The notes: a model not told the origin generated them from the letters alone. 64,000 nt of DNA from Eledone cirrhosa (GCA_964016885.1 OZ024746.1:63426001-63490000); one strand, 5' to 3'; positions 1-13,900 are shown, counted from the stretch's first letter. Translations and numbers: made by a program.

Positions 1-85
1 ATTCTTGTGCCTATTTTTAATATTTGTTTAATTCTCTTTTGTTACTCTCTGAGACTTTAACCAATACTTTTTTTTTTTTTTTAAG

Positions 86-148
86 CGTTTTGCAAATAGC
101 AATTCAGCTGAAGCCACAAGCAAAGTGATCGAAGAGGAATTGGAATAA
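86..148 (+). CDS. Possible terminal coding exon of an unidentified gene convergent with POLG (RFANSNSAEATSKVIEEELE*)
   Basis: Long poly-T tract then AAG acceptor at 83-85; 20 codons to TAA (phase 0 assumed); AATAAA motifs downstream (~144, ~379, ~534). Protein family not recognised. Confidence 0.4.
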   Translation, partial: RFANSNSAEATSKVIEEELE

Positions 149-699
149 ATCAACCTCTGGAGTTTACATTGATTGTGTTTGCAGTTGAGGATGGTGCATG
201 TGAATCATACAAACCAAACACACACACTAACAAAAAGACGTAGTAGCCACTGGCTATTTATTGATTATGTCTATTCATCATCTATCCTTCATGAACCACA
301 ACTTGAGGTAACTTGGTTGTCATAAATCAAATATTTGTTGACATGCTATTCATGTTATCTTTAACCCTTTCACTAAAAATAAAGGACTTCAAATTTGACA
401 TGCCAAGTACTTTTTATCTAAATGTTCATGTAATATAGTATGAGTTAAATTAATTTTGAGAGGAAAGAAATTCCTCTTAAGTAGCTTCTATATATCATTT
501 TTTTTAAAAATTCTTTGTTTCTTCTCCCTTTCTAATAAAAACGTTTATTTTTCAACAAAATTAACCAACAAAGTTAATATGTTCTATATTATAACTTCCT
601 TTTAAAACATGTTTATTTTATTTGAACTTTCCAATATTATAATATAGAATGTTTTTGAATAATTAAGGTCCTTTGTTCATACATTTTATCTAGATGATG

Positions 700-1022
700 A
701 TGATCATCATCATCATCACCGTTTTACGTCCGTTCTTCCACGCTAGCATGGGTTAGACGGGTTGTCCTGTTGTGGGCAGTGTCTGGTCGGCTGACCATGC
801 CTTGCTCATACAGGAACTGATTTGGCTTGATTTCTACAGCTGGATGCCCTTCATAACACCAACCTCATTTACAGTGAGTGCTGGGTGCTTTTTTGTGGCG
901 CCTACACGTCCACTTTACAGTGTGGGCTGGGTGCTTTTTTTTTGGGGGGGGGGGGGGGCATATTGTCTATATGCTTCAGCTTGTACCCATGGGAGGTCAG
1001 GTACTCTGTATTACTGCGTGAC
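700..1022 (-). mobile_element. SINE with RTE-like 3' tail ((GAT)n end)
   Basis: CATCATCATCACCGTTTTACGTCC..GCTAGCATGGGTTAGACGGG resembles the RTE 3' ends in this window; 880-1020 is near-identical to ~56425-56595. Confidence 0.65.
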
Positions 1023-1800
1023 GGAGGAATTTATAGCTAATCTTTCTAAATCAATTGAAAAGCAATAACAATTCTAATAGTGTAAACCTCTAATTATTAC
1101 AAAGTTCATTGCCTACGACCTAGATCAAAATCCTATCTATGGATTTCCAGCCTGCTTTACACAGAATGGGGATTAACAAATGCTACAAAGGACACAACTT
1201 CATTTTAGCCCTCCTTTCAGAAATGGCCCATTAATTTTCATTCTCTACATTTTGTTGGTTACTATACCAACCACTAATTCTAACATGCCTTTATACAACA
1301 ATCTTGACTATTTCTAAAGATCCTTACTTTGTTTTTGTGATATCAATTGCCTTATTTACTGTCTATCCCCAATTGATCCATTTGTGTTGTCTCTTTGTTT
1401 ACTAACCTCATGATTTAAATCACAAAGACGACAGGATGTCACAAACTATATATATCTTCTGACGTTAGATATTAGCAAATTTCTTTATCACTATTGCCTT
1501 ATCTTTTTAATTCCACTGACAGGCAGGTTGTCTACAAGTCACATAACAGATCAGTGGTTTTCAGTAGGTTGTCTTCTACACAATATAAATTTCCAATCTA
1601 TATACAAACATTTGTAAGTGCTATGGTGAAGTGAGCTGGCTTTCACTTCATCTTTCCATTTCTACCCTAAACTCACTCAACAATGTACACTGCTTACAAA
1701 GCATATTTTTCTGATATAAATTGATTAGTATTTTAGATGTTATGAGTTTTACATTAAAAATTTTCTTCAGTTGATATTTACATTTCAAATATATACAATC

Positions 1801-1913
1801 TTAAGTCAATACTATCTTTTGAGCTGTGTTATTCTGTGGCAGTTTGCGAGTTCTTTTCACTGACAACGATGAATTAGTTTTTTCTAAGATACTGTAAATA
1901 TCCAAAGATTCAC
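1801..1913 (-). CDS. POLG: POLG coding exon 22 (last; GESLDIY...IVLT*)
   Basis: tatag|GT acceptor, TAA at 1803-1801, phase matches previous exon. Confidence 0.9.
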
Positions 1914-4900
1914 CTATACAACAGAAAATAGAACATAAGGAATCATCATACAGTGAAAAATTGAGCATTTTCAACAGAGGGTAGAGCAAAGTGTATTTAA
2001 GCTAATCAACATTATCCAATACTACATAGTTGTGCTGCTATTTTCCACTAAAAGTACAACTTCCAAATATATAGAAATATTTAGTTACTATAGGTATTGC
2101 TTAGCATATAAAATGTTTTCTTTTTACTAGGCTTAGTATTAGGAGCTGTATACATGTTTCTAAATGAGCAGTGGCCACACAACAAATTTGAAACCATGTT
2201 CACCTTTTTGGCTGTATGGCATTTATCCTAGACTAAATCTGTCTTGTCACATACTTTTGTCCACTCTGCCATTAATTTATGGAAACCTTTTTTTAATTGA
2301 ATCTCCAGTGAACCATTCCCCATTATATGTCAGCACTAATGTATTCTCTGGCTGGTGAAGGGTTTAAAGTGTTTGACATTGGAACTTACATAAAAGAAGT
2401 AGAAGGACTGGGAAGATGTTTCATATCATATGACACACAATAAGGATGAATATATTGGGGATGATATACAGGTTCCCAGTTTAAAAGTAGAAACTGTTTT
2501 ATTAATGGTAGAAGAGACAGAGTACACAGCACGTCAGTGGTGAATATAAGGTGTTCAAAGTTTGAAAATCATTCAGAATGGTGTTTAAAATATCCACTGC
2601 TGGTTCCACGTGTATTTTGTAAAATGTCAGCCACTAATAAGAGTAGCTGTGGTCATTATGAACAGTCAGACTACAGTGTAGTAATTGTGTGGGTTATTCA
2701 TGAGCAAGGAAGGTGTAATGTTGTGGTTTTTAAATATTTTATGCCATGACATTTTGTCAAATCACTACACTTTAGAATCTTACTGACCAAGCCAGCCACT
2801 TTTAGGTGACAGTTTCTAAAAACTTATTTCCTAACTGCACATATACTTCCAAACCTGCCACTTTTGGATGACAGCATCTATACTTATTTCCTATGGAACT
2901 TTTCATAAGACAACTTTGTCATCAACCAACAAAAGCTGTTTTTTTAAACTTCTACAAGATATTCTCATGGAACATTTGTTTCTAACATGTATTAATATTA
3001 TGGAAGCAGCATTTGTCCAAATTTTAATTTCATAGTTTTATGAATGAAGAGTGTCTTACCAAATGGAATATTATAGCCAGTTTCCAGTCCATGTGGGTTA
3101 GAAGGGGTTACACAATCTAGATCCACTTCTTTCCTGAGGCAAGTGTCAATATCAACAGCACTGAAGAAGGCCACTGTCTAGAGAAAAGATATTTTTAAAG
3201 ATCAAATAAATTATTCAAATATAAAACTTGTTATTTTAAGTAGGTTCAAATCTTTTGATATTATAAAAGATGATATCAACACAAGAAGATATGTAATAGA
3301 AATAATGATCCAAATTTTTATCATATTTCAAGGATTGCAGATATGTCTTTCAATTTTTATTGTAATAGAGAAGTAGAGTAGAATTATAGAAGACATGTGG
3401 TGCAGGCATAGTTATATGGTTAAGAAGCTTGGTTTCTATCTCACTGTGTGACACTTAGGACAAGTGTCTTCAACTATAGTCTCATGCTAACCAATGCCTT
3501 GGTAAACAAACTGTATGAAGCCCATCCTATACATATCATAGCTGTAACACTTATTTCTAAAGATTGCAGTGACATTTGTTTATCACCACTATAAAGAATT
3601 CATCCTGCAACATAGTAGTTTGAAAAGCACTGGCAGCAGCATGTACCAAACTTGGGATTGGATTAGTGTAGGGGAAGTTGAAAATGCAATTGGAGTTTTT
3701 AAGATTTATTTACAATTCATTGTAATAAATCTTAGACTCAAATTGCATTTTAAACTCCTTTATATATATATATATATAGGACTATATTATTCAATGTATC
3801 CTCCCCTTTCTTAAGGCAGTGGTTCTCAAACTGTGTTGTAGGCTTTTACAAATAAAGTTTTAGAATATCTATACTAATAATTGTACATGCTATTCATAGT
3901 TTTGTCACACATATGTGATAAATAAAACAAGGTAAGCAATGGTTTCCTTTATTTTTTAGTTCTTGTTTACCTGTAATCTTTATCAGTGAGGAAGATTTGG
4001 CTGCTATTTCTGCCAGGTTGAACAACTGTTAAAGTTGCCTTTTTTGACATGAAAAAATATTTTATTTTGATAGACTTGGTCTGGTCTCTTTCCATCCCTC
4101 ATTGCTAAGAGTTGGGGACCATGGACAGCTATAAGATGCTGTATGTATATGACTCATGTAAGGAAAAGATGATGTTGGTGGGTCCCAAATCCTCATCCAC
4201 CTTCATCAGAACAATGAAGCTAAGGAGTCCCATCTGAAATCAGTTATTCTTCATTTAGAAAATACTGCCAATCTACTGGATGGCCATTGACTCCTCTCCT
4301 GACTTCCTCTGCCCTTTGATGAGTTTTGTTTTTCATCCTACAGAGTGTCCAAAAATCACCCTCCTCACCATGCAAGCTTGATGGTGTTGTGGGTTTAGTC
4401 GCCAATGATCAGATTGTATGACAGGTTAGATAGAGAAAAGGAAATATTTGAAAACTGACCTGTGGTAAATCGGGAATTCCTAATTTATGTGCACACATGC
4501 AGCGTGTAAAGAGATTGGTGATTTGCAGTGCTAAAGCTGCCCGATAACTATCTTCTCGACGTACCAAGTAACGTACTTCATCATGAATACTAATGGAGAA
4601 ACGACCGTCAATTGAATACTCTTCCAGAAGCCATTTCATGGAAACTAACATCAAATGGAGATAATCCACAGCTGAACTTTGGACTGCCCAGTTGATACGG
4701 CTGTTCATAAACTGGAATATAGTAAACATAAGATATAGCTGTTGATAAACTGAAATATAGTAAACAGAATAGATGAGCCATTCTTTAACTCTATGGAATT
4801 GATATTAGATATATTGAATTATTTCACACAATTACAATAAACATGTTAAGGCCATCTCTGTTAAAGCAAGAGTAAGCTTTGGCTATACTTTACTCTATAT

Positions 4901-7900
4901 TCAAATGAACAGACAATAATGCTATGTTCAATATTTAAATAACATTTCTTCAAATCACTTCACTCTAATTTGAAAAGAACGGCAGATAAAGTTATGTCCA
5001 GTACTGAAATAACCTTTATATTTATTGCTTCCATCAGAATAAGAAATGTGATATTTACATCCTCCGAAACTTGTTTTGGTTCTAATGCTTCACTGATTTG
5101 ACCACCCAATACAGGAGTCACTGGTTGAGCAGCTTTGGCGATTTCTTCTAATTTGTTAAACATGAAGCTTTCACTGAAATAAAAACAATTCAATTTGTAA
5201 TTGTGAAAGCTGTGATATGTGCATAAAAAGGGAGCTAAGTAATATATAGTATATAATTGTGTATCACCATCATCATCATGACCAACAACATTTTATGTCT
5301 CCATTCCATACTGACATGGGTTGGACAGGTTGTCACAGTCTGAGACTAGACTGGTCAGAGCGATCAATCTTGCTCATACAGTTCATATTAGGCAACATCT
5401 ACTACAACTAATAACAGTAACAACATACCTGCCACCAACCCAATATCCAGTTTCAGGACTGAAATAAGAAATAAACAAATGAAAAGCAAATTATCCAAAA
5501 GTTTTATTTTCTCTCTCTCTCTCTTACACACACATGTTCTAGTTAATCATAACTACAAACAACTACCACCATTATTATTGGTTTAGGTCTAACACACAGC
5601 AACAATAGTCTCTTTGACAAGCTTCAGCATAGTTTCCATCTGCCAAATTTCATTCACACGGTTTTGGTTGATCCAAGGCTATGGTAGAAGACACTTGCTC
5701 AAGGTGCTTCTGATAACTTGAAACCACCTCAGTATGAAGCAAACTTATTAACAACTGAGCCATCAATTTTTAAACTATTTTGTAAATTAACATGGAAATA
5801 TTTAAAAACTATGAATAAATGGTTCCAGGTTTGATCCCACTACATGACACCTTGGGCAAGGGTCTTCTTGTATAACCTTATGTTAACCAGTAACTTGTGA
5901 GTGAAATTTGGTAAACAGAAACTGTACAGAAGCCCACTAAATGTATGCGTGAGTGTGTCTGAATGTCTGTCTTGTGTTTACATATACACCAGTCTAAAAA
6001 AAGGTATTTTTGTTTAAATTGTACCCACAACTTAACAGTTCAACAAACAGAGATTAATAAAATAGTATCAAACTGAAATAAATATTGGTGTTGACATGAT
6101 TGACTAAACCCTTGGATGTGGTACTCCAGCATGGCTGCAGTAAAATCACTGCAACCAGTAAGAGAATTTCTTAAAACAGTGTAGCTTTAATATAGAGAAT
6201 AAAACAAAAAAGTTTAACCCTTCCATCATCGTGTTTCTAATGATTTTCACTATGATTTTCAAATAGTTTTGAGGGATTTAGTAACAGCTAACTTCCCCAT
6301 TAGTTGTAACATAACTTACCATATATACTTAAGTAGAAGCCGAGGAATATGTGACCAAAAAAAAATCGATGGTAAAATGGGGAGGGGCTTCATCGACTTA
6401 TATACACTATCTAAACAATGTGTTGATTAGCTGCCTCAGTTTATAAATGGGGTTTAGATTTTTGCCTATTACTCAGACATAAAATAGGGATGTGGCTTAT
6501 ATTTGAGTATATATAGTACTTAACAAAGGTTCTTATATAATATGATGGAAAGTTTTTAGATAAATATAACCCTTTAGCATTTAAACCGGCTGTATCTGAC
6601 CAGAATTCGCTCACCTCTTTCTCTTCAAACCAACCATAGCCGGCTATGTTAACTTATGTTAAGGTATTGTTCTCAAAATAAATAATATCAAGATAATTAT
6701 GTGAAATAAAATGAAAATAGTATATATAGAGTAATGTAAATGCTAAAGGGTTAAATAAATAGCTTTGTATAATAGAACAAGGGTTAGTTTCAGGCAGGTT
6801 AGTATTGAAAGGGTTAAATGAAAATATGTGAGGAAACTAGAATTTACTTACTTTCTATTCCCTTTTGTAGCTGTGTACAACTTCTTGATTTTAGATTGTG
6901 CTTCCCGATAGCTTAACCGATGGTTAAACTGTAACAACAGCTGCTCAGCAAATCTATGACCAGCTCCATAGATACGGCTGTAGTTGAAGACCTAAAGTTA
7001 CCAACAAAGATATCAATATTAACCCTTTATCATTTAAGCCCGCCAGAGTTCTCTCACCTCTTTCTGTTCAAACCGGCTGTAACTGGCTTCTCATACTTCT
7101 GTTAAGGTATTGTTCTCAAAATAAATAATATCAAAATCTCATAGATTCAATATTATGAGGGATAATTATGTGAGGTAAAGCCATTACTATGAAAATATAA
7201 TAGTACATATAGAGTAATGTAAATGCTAAAGGGTTAAAAGTTGTTAAGTGTACCCAAGAGATGAAACCCACAATGGAATACCACAAAGATGTGGTAACCT
7301 GACCGATCTAACATTTAGTATGTGACAACCCATCTAATCCTTGCAAGCAAGGAAAATAGATGTTAAACAGTAATAGTGGTGGTCTTGGTGGTGATGATAA
7401 TAACTATGGTGTTGGCAGTAGTGGTTATGATCGCCGTTGTGACAGTGATGATGATGGTAGTGGTGGTGGTGGGGGTGCTGTTGGTGGTAGTGGTGACAAC
7501 GATGATGGAATTTATATAAAAATGCACATGAAATAGTGTATTACCTTGGCATGGTCTCGGCTGATACCAACCAATTCTGCAGTTTTACTGTGCATGTCAG
7601 TTCTCTCAGACTTTTTACCTTGAAGTGTCATCCAACTTAAAGCTGTACAGCCTACAGTGAAGAATAATTAAATATAGACACACGAGTCATAAATATAGAG
7701 ACATGAGTCATAAATATAGACAGGAGTCTTATATAGAGAGACAAGTATATATAGACACGCGAGTCATAAATATTGAGACATGAGTCATATTTATAGAGAG
7801 ACAGGAGTCACATGTATGGAGACATGAGTCATATATATAGAGACAGGAGTCACATGTATGGAGACATGAGTCATATATAGAGAGACAGAAGTCATATATA

Positions 7901-10900
7901 GAGAGACAGAAGTCATATATAGAGAGACAGAAGTCATAAATAGAAACAGGAGTCATATATATATATAGTGACACGAGTCACATATATAGAGAGACAGGAG
8001 TCATATATAGAGAGACAGGAGTCATATATAGAGAGACAGGAGTCATATATAGAGAGACAGGAGTCGTAAATATAGAGACATGTGAAACATGCTGATCTCA
8101 GAAGGTACTTTAGTGAGCATAGCTTTAAGGCAGACATTAGTTGAAGGTTGACACCAAATAGACATAAAGTGGTGGTGGTGGGACGGGTTCTTGTTAATTT
8201 AGTGAAAGATTGAAGATGAACAGAGGTGAGCATAGCTTTAAGATAGATATTAGCATCAAATGGACATTTTTTGTGACATAATACAGAAAATTGAGAAGAA
8301 AAGACATCAATAAATTCCTCTTACCATGCAAATGAGTGAAAAAGGAATCACCAATTAGAGATGCTAACCACAACTCCTGGGAATCTACATCAGCACCAAC
8401 AAAACAATACCCAGGTGGTGATTGTACCATACCTTTCAGTTCACTTCCAATACGATCTTTCTGAAACATTTAAATGGAACTGAAATTTATTCTTCACAAA
8501 TTATTGCCTTTCTGACAATTTCAAGTGTATTATTTTGTTGAAACTAACAAAATAAAACAACCTTGAATTCATAAAAATGAACAATGCTGATTGATATAGG
8601 TCATTAAAAACAACTAATGTAACATTTTGTTAACATCAAAACTACACATTCTAATAAAGTACTAGAGTTAATATGAAGCACTGTGAGATATGTATGAAAT
8701 GATTGATAAGTATTTCAGAAAACCAGCACAATAAAGGGCAAGGGATGACATATAAAACAAAACAAATGTATTTCTTATCCAGTATATTTCAACATAAATA
8801 ATAAAAAATAATGATAATGAAATTATTGTGTACAGTGCTCAGGTGCACTACAACTCGTCAAAGGTGCATGTATAGTACATAAAATAATGTACAAATGTCA
8901 GGAAAGTGAACAGTGTATGAGCTATGATATACATGTGTGCATGTGTATGGAGGGGGAATATCAGGTGTAGTGTTGGTGAATTTCAGGAAGAAAGGAGGTT
9001 TTAAAGGATGCAGTGTCTCGGCAGCTAACAACTGATGCAGGTAGTTTGTTCCATGCTTCAGCAACTCTGAGTGTGAAAAGATGTTTCCGAAAGTTATGGG
9101 AGTTGTGTTGTTTTCTGACTTTGTAGGCATGCCCACGTGTGTTAGACACATGGAATTCAAAAAGGTGCTCAGGGTTGTTGTTGGCAAGATGGTTAATAAT
9201 TTTGTGGGTGTTTACCAAGTCAGTTGCCAGACGTCGGAGCTTCAATGTATCCATACCCAGGGAAACAAGGCGCTCAGAGTATGGTAGATGCCTGATGGAG
9301 AGTATTCGCTTGGTTGCACATCTCTGAACAGTTTCCAGGCGGTCAGTGTTCTGAGCAAGATAGGGGTTCCAGACTGGCGATGCAAATTCTAAGTGTGGCC
9401 GCACCATAGCTATATACAGTTTTAAATAGATAGCTGGAGAGCGGCTGACAAAGGTTTTGCTGAGTGATGCTAAGACACCCTTGGCCTTCTTGACAATTTT
9501 AGAGATGTGCTTTGTCCAATGCAAATCATTGCTGACAGTAATGCCCAGGTCACTTCAGATTTATCATTTGTTTTTGTTTCACATGCTTTTTTTGGTTTTT
9601 GAATTTGAAAAGAGGGTAATAACCCTGAAATATCATGTTGAAATATACTGGGTAAGAAAAACATTGTTTTGTTTTATTTGTCATCCTTTGTCCTTTATAT
9701 ATTTCTACTGTATTGTATAGGTTTTCTGAAATATTTAATAATTTATTATATACCCTAGAGAGGGACAGGCTCCACCAGGTTTTAAATGCCCAAGATATGC
9801 CATATGTCATAACAGTGCCTCTATGACTGTTAAGAGTTACAAGCCCATATATACATTCCAACAGGCCAAAAGCATTGTATCTAGTCAATGAGACTATCTA
9901 TCAACTTTGTTTTTCTATTTTCTTCTCTGATGTCTATATATATTCTTTCTGGCAGGCGGTGAATAAGAAAAGTCATTAGAACGTCAGATAAAATATTTTG
10001 TAATATTTGTTCTGACTCTGCATTCTGTGTTTAAATCCTGCTGAGGATGTGTTTTTCCAAATCCTGCTATTTTTCATCCTTTTTACATTCTGAGTTCTGA
10101 AATGATAGATTTAATCAGTAACCCAGTTTAACACAATCACCTGGTTCTTGGCTTCCTTTATCAAAATTCCATTCATTCTATTGCAAGTATTCAGGTCAAG
10201 GGGTCTCTCATTTAGGAATAACTTTCACCCTTTCTCCAAGCAGTCTTGAAGGTCCCAGTATAGTAAAGAGTTGGAAGAGCTGCCCTTCTCTCCTTGACTA
10301 AGTAGTAACAAAAAATTTATTTAAAGAAGTTGCAAGCAAAATAAAATGAAAAGCTACATACATAAGCATTGCTGGCTGTCAGCCATGTTGGTTCAACAGC
10401 TCGTCGTGTGACAGTACCAACTGGAATAATCCGAGGTACAATGGCACCATACTGCTTACTTACTGAGTACTCTTTGTTCCTTTAATAAACACATTGAAAA
10501 AAACATCAATATAGAGCAGAAATATTATAAATACAGTAGTTTGTTTATGGACTATATGATTGCAAAGGAAATTGTTTTACACACACACACACACAAAGGG
10601 CTGAGTGATAGTGGTAAAGTACCAACCTATTAGTAGTAAACATTGTACAAGTTCAAAACATGTCATAGACATTATATTTATTGTATTGGTCTCTCCCCAT
10701 CCTCAATGCTGAGGGTTGAGGACCACGGATCATTGCTGAGAGTTGGGGACCATAGACAATTGCACCAATGGTAATCTATATATATATATATGTATCAGTG
10801 TATGTGTGGTTGTGCATGTGTGTGCACGTGTGTGTTATATTTATTGTATTAACTGTTCACCTATATCAGGTCTGTTACAACCAGAAATGTAATAAACAAA

Positions 10901-13900
10901 ATACAACTTGTCAAATATCTACCTAATAACTGCAGGTGGAAGTTCACTGTGTTTTGCCCAAACAACCATTTGTGACCTTAAAAAAACAAACACAAAAATA
11001 AATTTTAACAATATTCTAACTTTCAATATCCTGTAATTATTAAGCAGAAAATTTCTCAACAACACTAAAATCAGTGATTACATTGTACAAAAAAATTCAT
11101 ATAAAATTATTCACTTCAATCCTAGGGTTAAATAACAATAACAACAACATTAAAACCAATGACTACATTGTTAACTCTTTAGCATTTACATTACTCTATA
11201 TTCACTATTGTATTTTCGCAGTAAAGGCTTTACCTCACATAATATCGAATCTACGAGATTTTGATATTATTTATTTTGAGAACACAACCTTAACATAAGT
11301 ATAATCAGCCAATTACAGCCGGTTTGAATAGAAAGAGGTAAGATAATTCTGGCCAGATACAGCCTGTTTAACCCTTTAGCATCTATACCGGCCATATCCG
11401 GCCAGAATTCTCTCACCTCTTTCTGTTCAAACTGGCTGTAACTGGCTTCTCATACTTATATTAAGGTATTGTTCTCAAAATAAATAATATCAAAATCTCA
11501 TAGTTTTGACATTATGTAAGATAATTATGTGAGGTGAAGCTTTTACCATGAAAATATAATTGTAAATATAGAGTAATGTAAATGCTAAAGGGTTAATTTC
11601 TACAAGAAAATTAATATAAAATTATTTACTCAATTCTTTTCTGGTTATTTTTCCAGTAGGAACACAGCTTGCTGATGAGGAGTGCAGCGTTAGCATAGTC
11701 ACCGTCAGCAGAAGCCTTTAAAGTTCCATCTGTAACTTTGTTGAGGTAATCCTTTGCCAGTATATTTCCCACTCTTTGATTCTTGCCATTCTATTCATAC
11801 CAATGAAAGGAAAAGTATATTTAATCAATAACAAAACAAAACAAAGAATATCTAATATGTAGAATAGATTCACCCAACCTTCAAATACACAAGGAAATGG
11901 ATTTTCCTTGTCTATTGAAAACCCTCTCTCTATAAATGATATGACAGTACTCTTTACAGATGCCTTTCATCCAATACAATAACCTGTCAACTTACATATC
12001 AATATTTTAGGTTCAACCCATTACTAGACCTGAATAATTAATGTTTAAATGGTTGAATATTCCACAAATATATGTACCATTAACATAATTCTAAGTTTGA
12101 CACTGTGTAAAAAGACTGGCTTTTTGAATTACAGGTACAGCTAATATGTTGGGAACCTGTCAAACTAATGAGGCAGCCTCTATGTACTCTCAGGTCTCAA
12201 TTTATCCCCTCCCCTCATTCAGTTATTAATTTTTTAGATTTTTTTTCACCCACCCATTCTTAATAAATTTTAATATTCTATCTCTGACAAAATTTTATTT
12301 TAATTGGTAGCATTCCTGCAACAATTAATTAACTTTTACATAAAAAAACATTATACATGACCAAAAAAGTACATTACTAGAAATGTCATACGTTATAAAA
12401 TAAATAGGATATTTTGGGGTCTCAATATGTAAACTAAACAACTAATTCTGTTTTTTAAAAAATCAACAGGAAAAACCTAGAAAAATTACCGATTTTCCAA
12501 ACCCTCACTTATTCCACCACCACCACCACCACCCTATTATTTGGGACCCGAGTGTAGTCGTTTGATATACTAGATATAGCAAACAAATCTAGCTCAAATC
12601 ACACCCTACTGTCTTAAAGAAAATGATAGACATATTAGATAATATGGGCTTACATACACTGTGACTAAAACATATGGTGAACATGACTTGGACTCCTTTG
12701 ATTATAGGTTTCATTAATCAGATTTGATCTGAAGCTAATCAAACAATCAAAGTCATTAAGCAAAACATAATTCAATAATCTTGAAAAATAATTACTTTGT
12801 GTGGGATTTTAAAGAAATAAACTGGAATATTTTCAATTTCGAATGGTCCTTCTCCACTATGATATGCTGGGTGAGTGTTTCTGTCATAATTCTGGGAAAA
12901 TAAAACATATATACTTGATATACTGAAACAGATTTTAGTTTCTAAATGCAACATGTGTCACCAGGTGCAGATTTTAGTTTCTAAAGGCTACATGTGTCAC
13001 CAGATGTAGGTTTTAGTTTCTAAAGGCTACATGTGACACGAGATGTAGATTTTAGTTTCTAAAGGATACATGTGTCGCCAGATGTAGGTATTAGTTTCTA
13101 AATGCAACATGTGTCACCAGATGTAGATTTTAGTTTCTAAAGGCTACATGTGTCACCAGATGTAGGATTTAGTTTCTAAAGGCAACATGTGTCGCCAGAT
13201 GTAGGTTTTAGTTTCTAAAGGCTACATGTGTCACCAGATGTAGGATTTAGTTTCTAAAGGCAACATGTGTCGCCAGATAGTTTCTAAAGGCTACATGTGT
13301 CACCAGAACTAGGTTTTAGTTTCTAAAAGCTACATGTGACACCAGATGGCTTGATAGGAAAACATTCCTCAAAATACAATAACATCAATAAACATAAAAA
13401 TCACTAAAATGTACAATGATTTATTAAGAAAATAAAAGTGTTTTGTTCAAATATACATGTTAAATGAAGATGGCAGTCGTGGTGGTTGTCACATCTCACT
13501 TGCAATGGTTTCGTGAATTAATTTTTTTTAAAAAGCAGTTTTTACTCACAAAAGGCTTAACTATAATTAAAATAAGGCTTGGAGAGAAATTAAAAGATAT
13601 TACTGATAGGAGTGTGCTGCAACAAAGATCTAGTGTTTTGGTATGTAACAATACCAATAGTAATAGTTAGTATATGGAATAGAAACAGACTGATTTCGTT
13701 GATAAATCATTAGACTACCAAGTTATGAGTTGTGAGTTCATTTCCTCAGCAAGGAGTGTTTATTCTGTGAGAAACTTTTCAAAATTATCAATAAAAATAA
13801 CCAAAACAATGCTATCTTAATTATAGAATTTTCTGTGCTTTAGTTAATTTAATGGTGGGAAACATATATTAAATTATCTATAATGGACTGGCATCTTATT

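Noticed and set aside
4170-4215. Minus-strand CTGATGA followed by a GGTGG/CCACC stem
   Set aside because: No GAAA or cleavage triplet, so not a complete hammerhead.
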